Below are positions 59,282 to 64,000 of a DNA stretch of 64,000 bases, in pieces. Below the pieces are notes generated by a model that was not told the origin of the DNA, ran no database searches, and saw only the letters and a program-made list of their open reading frames with translations. Location: positions 144,894,001-144,958,000 of the forward strand of contig NW_027362768.1 in assembly GCF_046119375.1 (NCBI RefSeq), read 5' to 3'. Made by a program: the position numbers and the translations under genes. Source of the stretch: Phyllobates terribilis (lineage: Eukaryota). Each line of letters starts with the position of its first letter. Position 1 is the stretch's first letter.

Positions 59282-60670
59282 ATGAGGAGGCTACTGAGGT
59301 CATCACTACCCCATCTAGTGGCCAGCAGAGCGTATGGCAATGATTCATCCAGAGTTAGGCGCCACCTGCTGTCCAGGATTTACCAGCCAGGGAATCTGTG
59401 GAAAGAAAACTCGTCTGAAATTCAATCCAAATCGAACGAGCCATCCAGTAAGAGTCAGAGACTTATGTATAAAGCAGGATTAATCCGACCCACCAGTCCC
59501 GGATGTTTCCATTATCTGCCTCATACTGTGCGCTCGATGGAGAAGCTGGTTAGGCTGATAGACCGGGCTATGCAGGAGATCGGAGGGCAGAAGGTTGACA
59601 TGGCGACCCTTTGCTCAGCAGCTCTGTGGAAGCAAAGCGGACGCTGGGATCTGGTGGGAAAAGAGCTGCTCTGTTTGATGGACAGACACAATCAGGAATA
59701 CTGCTTGGGGCCCACACATGAAGAGTCCATTACCAATTTGGTCGCCACAGAGGGCGGCATCAGCCACAAGCAGCTTCCTCTCCTGTTGTACCAGATCACC
59801 CGGAAATTCAGGGATGAGAAGAGACCGTGCTTTGGTTTGCTGCGTGGAAGGGAGTTTTACATGAAGGACATGTACACGTTTGATATAACGGAGGAAGCCG
59901 CCTATGAGACGTATACCAACGCGTGCGATGCCTACTCTAATATATTCCGCACCCTTGGCCTGAAATATGTGAAAGTCCAAGCAGATACGGGTAATATAGG
60001 GGGTAAGATGTCTCATGAGTTTCACCTTCCTGCCGATATCGGTGAGGACAGGCTGATGGTCTGCGGCAGCTGTGATTTTGCCGCCAACGTAGAGACATTG
60101 CATCCAGACGAGAAGAATTGCCCTAGCTGTAAAGGAGAGCTGGCAGAAAGCAAGGGCATCGAGATCGGGCACACGTTCTACCTCGGGACCAAGTACTCGC
60201 ATGTCTTCAATGCCGTATGTCACGATGCCCAGAACAAACCCGTTGTGGCTGAAATGGGCTGCTATGGCATTGGCGTATCACGGCTGTTGGCGGCGTCTAT
60301 AGAAGTTCTTTCTGCCGAGGAGGAGATTCACTGGCCAGGTCTGATTGCCCCATACCAGATTTGTATCATTCCCCCTAAAAAGGGAAGCAAGGAGACAGCG
60401 GCATCATTGGTCGCAGAGGAACTGTACGACTCTATATGCTTAATTCCTCACATGAAGAATGAGGTCGTTTTTGATGATAGAGATCATTTAACTATTGGAA
60501 AAAGGGTAAAGGAAGCTCACATGATGGGCTACCCACATGTTATTGTCATCGGTAAAAAGGCTTTAGAGAGCCCCCCAGTGTTTGAAGTGCGGAATCACAG
60601 GACTGGTGAAGTGCATTTTCTTTCTAAAGACGAAGTGCTAGGCTTTATACAGTCTATTCATGTAATCTAG
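59282..60670 (+). CDS. PARS2: Mitochondrial prolyl-tRNA synthetase, single coding exon
   Basis: Arg-rich presequence; class II motif 2 (QITRKFRDE.RP.FGLLRGREFYMKDMY), motif 3 (MGCYGIGVSRL), anticodon-binding domain. Acceptor ttttattactag at 59273 just before the ATG (the ORF track starts at an upstream GTG, 59279). AATAAA near 60712. Confidence 0.96.
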   Translation: MRRLLRSSLPHLVASRAYGNDSSRVRRHLLSRIYQPGNLWKENSSEIQSKSNEPSSKSQRLMYKAGLIRPTSPGCFHYLPHTVRSMEKLVRLIDRAMQEIGGQKVDMATLCSAALWKQSGRWDLVGKELLCLMDRHNQEYCLGPTHEESITNLVATEGGISHKQLPLLLYQITRKFRDEKRPCFGLLRGREFYMKDMYTFDITEEAAYETYTNACDAYSNIFRTLGLKYVKVQADTGNIGGKMSHEFHLPADIGEDRLMVCGSCDFAANVETLHPDEKNCPSCKGELAESKGIEIGHTFYLGTKYSHVFNAVCHDAQNKPVVAEMGCYGIGVSRLLAASIEVLSAEEEIHWPGLIAPYQICIIPPKKGSKETAASLVAEELYDSICLIPHMKNEVVFDDRDHLTIGKRVKEAHMMGYPHVIVIGKKALESPPVFEVRNHRTGEVHFLSKDEVLGFIQSIHVI

Positions 60671-60947
60671 AATATTTTGTAAGTAAAAACTTATAAAAAT
60701 AATTGCAAAATAATAAAAAAAAATCTTGAGTTTTCCTACATTGCACAATCCCGTTTTTGTTTGATGTTTACTGGTCGAGACCACCGGAGCCGTAGGGGAT
60801 TGTAATGGCAAGTAACACTTCATTCTCCCTTGAGAACTCTTGGAAAACCCCTTTAAAGATTTATTTCCATTTTAGCACATTATCACCTATCCTATTGTGG
60901 TAAAATGGGAATAACCTCTTAAGTGCCAAACTATGCCTCATCCTTAA

Positions 60948-61431
60948 AGGGGGTCCGGTCATGTCAAAAAATGCTATTAACCTGCTAATATGAGGTTCAT
61001 CTGCAGGTTAATGGCGTTCTAAGCTGCTGTACTGAAAGAGCAGCTAATAGGAGGAAATTAACTTTATTACTCACTGCAGCCTCTGGCTTTCAGTCATAGA
61101 GGTGCGGTTCAGTCACTGCTAAGTACGTAGTGAGAGACTGCTGTTACCACATCCCGGCACTGACTGACAGCCGGCTCAGCACTACTGTACAGTCAACTGT
61201 CTGTCAGTTCCGGGGCATGGGTACCGCCGCCGCTTACTACGTACTGAGCGGTGACTGAAGCTCCGCCTCTATGACTGAAAGCTGGAGGCTGCAGGAAGAT
61301 ATAAAGTTCATTTCCTCCAGGCACCCGGGAGCTTTCAGTGCGGCGGCCGCACATCTTCAAAATTCTATTATCCTGCAGATTAACCCTATATCTGCAGATT
61401 AATAGTGTTTTTGTGACATGACAGGTTTCCT
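60948..61431. mobile_element. TTAA-flanked palindromic MITE downstream of PARS2
   Basis: TTAA on both sides; AGG...CCT ends; long internal inverted repeat. Confidence 0.65.
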
Positions 61432-64000
61432 TTAACCAGTTCAGGACTGAGCCATTTTTCCCCGTTCCTAACCAGGCACCTTTTTGGGTTTTATCATACA
61501 TTCGCTTTTAACTGCTTTAAAAAATTTCTCTCCTTCGGATATTCAAACTCGTTTTTTTTTTTTTTTTCTTGATACATGGGGCTTAACTTTTATGCCATTT
61601 TTATATATTTTTTATTATATTGGAGGAAAATGTAAGAAAAATAACAAATGCATGGCTATTTTTCTTATTTTTTGTAATACTTTTTATTTTTTTCACATAT
61701 CCCCCCCCCCCCATAAAGTCTTAAAAGACCTTTGCGGGGAGGCATTTTAACATAGTAATGTATTATTGTTATTGATAGTTTCCCCTGTAACTGGGGGCAG
61801 TATATTAGCCCCAGTTACAGAGGGAATTAGGAGATTCATCAACCCACCAAACACACCTGATGATCACATGATCACTGGGTCCAGCGGAGGAAGCAGGGTA
61901 AGTGTTTCGTATTCTATATACACAGTGCAAGTTCAGCGCTGTGTATACAGATAGTGAGAAGGTAAACATGTTAATAAACAATGTTTATCTTCTCTATGGG
62001 AATTCTGACTGTACCTGACCCCCGGCTTCCCACCCCCACAGCTGCATGATCTGGTGCAAGCTGCTTACTATGCATTGACGTTTAGACACTTTTGCAGAGT
62101 AAAGTGTAGACTTCTCAGACTATTATAGTCTATGGGCAGTCTAGAAGTACTTTAAAGGGAATGTATCATCAGAGTAAGACCTGTTGTTTAAATAATAAAA
62201 TAAAAAATTAGAAATCTCACAATTTTCATAGTGGTCACTGGGACTATTCTAGATTCATACTTCTTGTTTTTTCAAGAAATCCACATGTACATTAGCTGCA
62301 ACGAAAAGACTCGCCCTATATTTTATATTGACCCATTTAATGAGCGTGTGCAAAGGTCATTGTGAAGGAGGTTGGGGGGAGCAGGGTCAGCTGTGACATC
62401 GCCTGTTGTAACTGTTGGATCCAGTCTTATCAGCCGTGTACAGAGGTGTTACCTGTCATTGTACTCCTGCCTCTGATGATAATGAGACTTATGAAAAAAA
62501 AAAAACCTCTTCCGGAAAGAACAGGAAGTTAGAGTGTAAAACTACCCTAGTGTCCAGTTTGAGAATTGCAAGATTACTAATTTTGTTTAATACAAATTAT
62601 GATATGAAAAAAAAAACACTTTGTAAATTTTTTTTTTTTTTTTTTAAATGTAACGCAAAAACCTGATTTAAGCAATAAGTCAGTGTCTGATGATCGCTTT
62701 ACTTTACTGTTTGCATAACTTTACTACCTCATGTATGATCTTAATTTTCCTACAAAAAAAAAAGTTGCGTTACATTCTTCATACTTTTTATTGCACACTA
62801 AACATACGGTCGGGTGTTTTAATTTCAGTGTGTCAGTGCTTCTTTTTATTCCAGATTTTAATCACAGTTTTGAAACCAGCGATAAATGTGTCACGATTCT
62901 TCATGGCAGAGAAGGACAATCATGTCGCTGCTGTATTTTTGGTCAGTGATGGATCTGTATATTTCTTGGCTACGTCTGTAGATGAAGTAGGATAAAGTAA
63001 TTTTTCCATCTCAAGCACAATGTGCTGTGGCAAGTTCCATATCAAGTAGACTAATCACGGTAGGGGAGAATGCGACAAGGAAGATGGGGTGCGATGGGAA
63101 ACTCCATGCTTTGGTAGTTTATAAAATAGCAGCGCAGACATGAAAAGCAAGACCACACATTTAGTTTGTATGGGGGGTCTACGACTCTGTTCAGAGTATA
63201 CATGTATATATACCTCTGCCTCCATCTACATTGAGGTCGTCTGACACAAGGTGAGGTTTTAACACTAGAGGATAGGATCGTCCTAATTAGGTCACCTTGT
63301 CATGGTGGGATGGTTTTTACACCAAGTACCTTATGTTATTTACATGCACTATTACTATTTACTTACTGCAGGGTATATGCTCATTTTGTCTGTTAAATGG
63401 CCACAGTGTGAACATGCTCTTATACGTTACATATATACCAACTTATACTCCAGCTCATTTCTTTGGTTTTGCTGTAGTTTTTTGTACTTGTACAAGCAGG
63501 GATGTGGTCCCCTTTTCTGGGCTAGGCATTTCATTTTTATAGCTTCCCATGGCCAGGTGTCTGAACAATCAGGCCTTGGTCTTGCTCGGCCCTTATTCAC
63601 AGTGACGTCACTTTCACACAAGGTAAAGTTTTAATACTAGAGAATAGGATCGTCCCGATTTGGGTACACCTTGTCGTGGTGGGATGGCTTTTTCACACAT
63701 CTTATTGAATGTTTGGCTGTACAATGTGTACAAGTTGGACTACATCTTAAATATAAGGTCGGCTGTTATAGTAGCGGCCAGGTTTATTGGCCATGTCAGG
63801 GAGGTAGTCCCGGTTTCGATGCTTCAGAGCAAAGGAGGAACTGTCCAAAAGTGATGAACTGACAACTGTCTTGCCATAGTTGGGTTTTACCATCATAGTT
63901 TCCGAGAAATTCTTGGAATTCAGGATTTTGCTTGTTTTCTGCTTCTCAAATTTTAGTTTCTGCCGTAACTCATAACAGATTTTACATTCCCCCATACAAT

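Noticed and set aside
59282-60670. PARS2 as a processed retrocopy because it has no coding introns
   Set aside because: A splice acceptor precedes the ATG, there is no poly(A) scar or TSD, and a single coding exon is the normal PARS2 structure as I recall it.
63747-63995. 82-aa minus-strand ORF at the window edge as the 3' end of a neighbouring gene (e.g. TTC22), and a possible exon near 62905-63050
   Set aside because: No motif I can recognise; needs sequence beyond the window.

Overview
Vertebrate genomic DNA, most likely a frog (inferred from gene order and from TE types: Tc1, TTAA-flanked MITEs, DIRS1). Three host genes could be rebuilt by hand. FAM151A (minus strand, 8 coding exons, 24686->551, 579 aa). 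TTC4 (minus strand, 10 coding exons, 52338->29065, 386 aa, one GC-AG intron). PARS2 (plus strand, single coding exon, 59282-60670), divergent from TTC4. Introns are packed with TEs: a near-intact DIRS1 retrotransposon, five decayed Tc1 elements, three solo LTRs with 5-bp TSDs, many MITEs and two minisatellites. The standout is a young, structurally complete 4.9-kb LTR element in FAM151A intron 2 (11877-16781). It has 1251-bp LTRs with only four differences seen, a 4-bp TSD, a tRNA-Ser PBS and a PPT. It has no pol and carries one uninterrupted ORF ending in a cold-shock (Y-box/Lin28-type) RNA-binding domain. All calls were made by eye from the sequence and from remembered family motifs; no searches were run.
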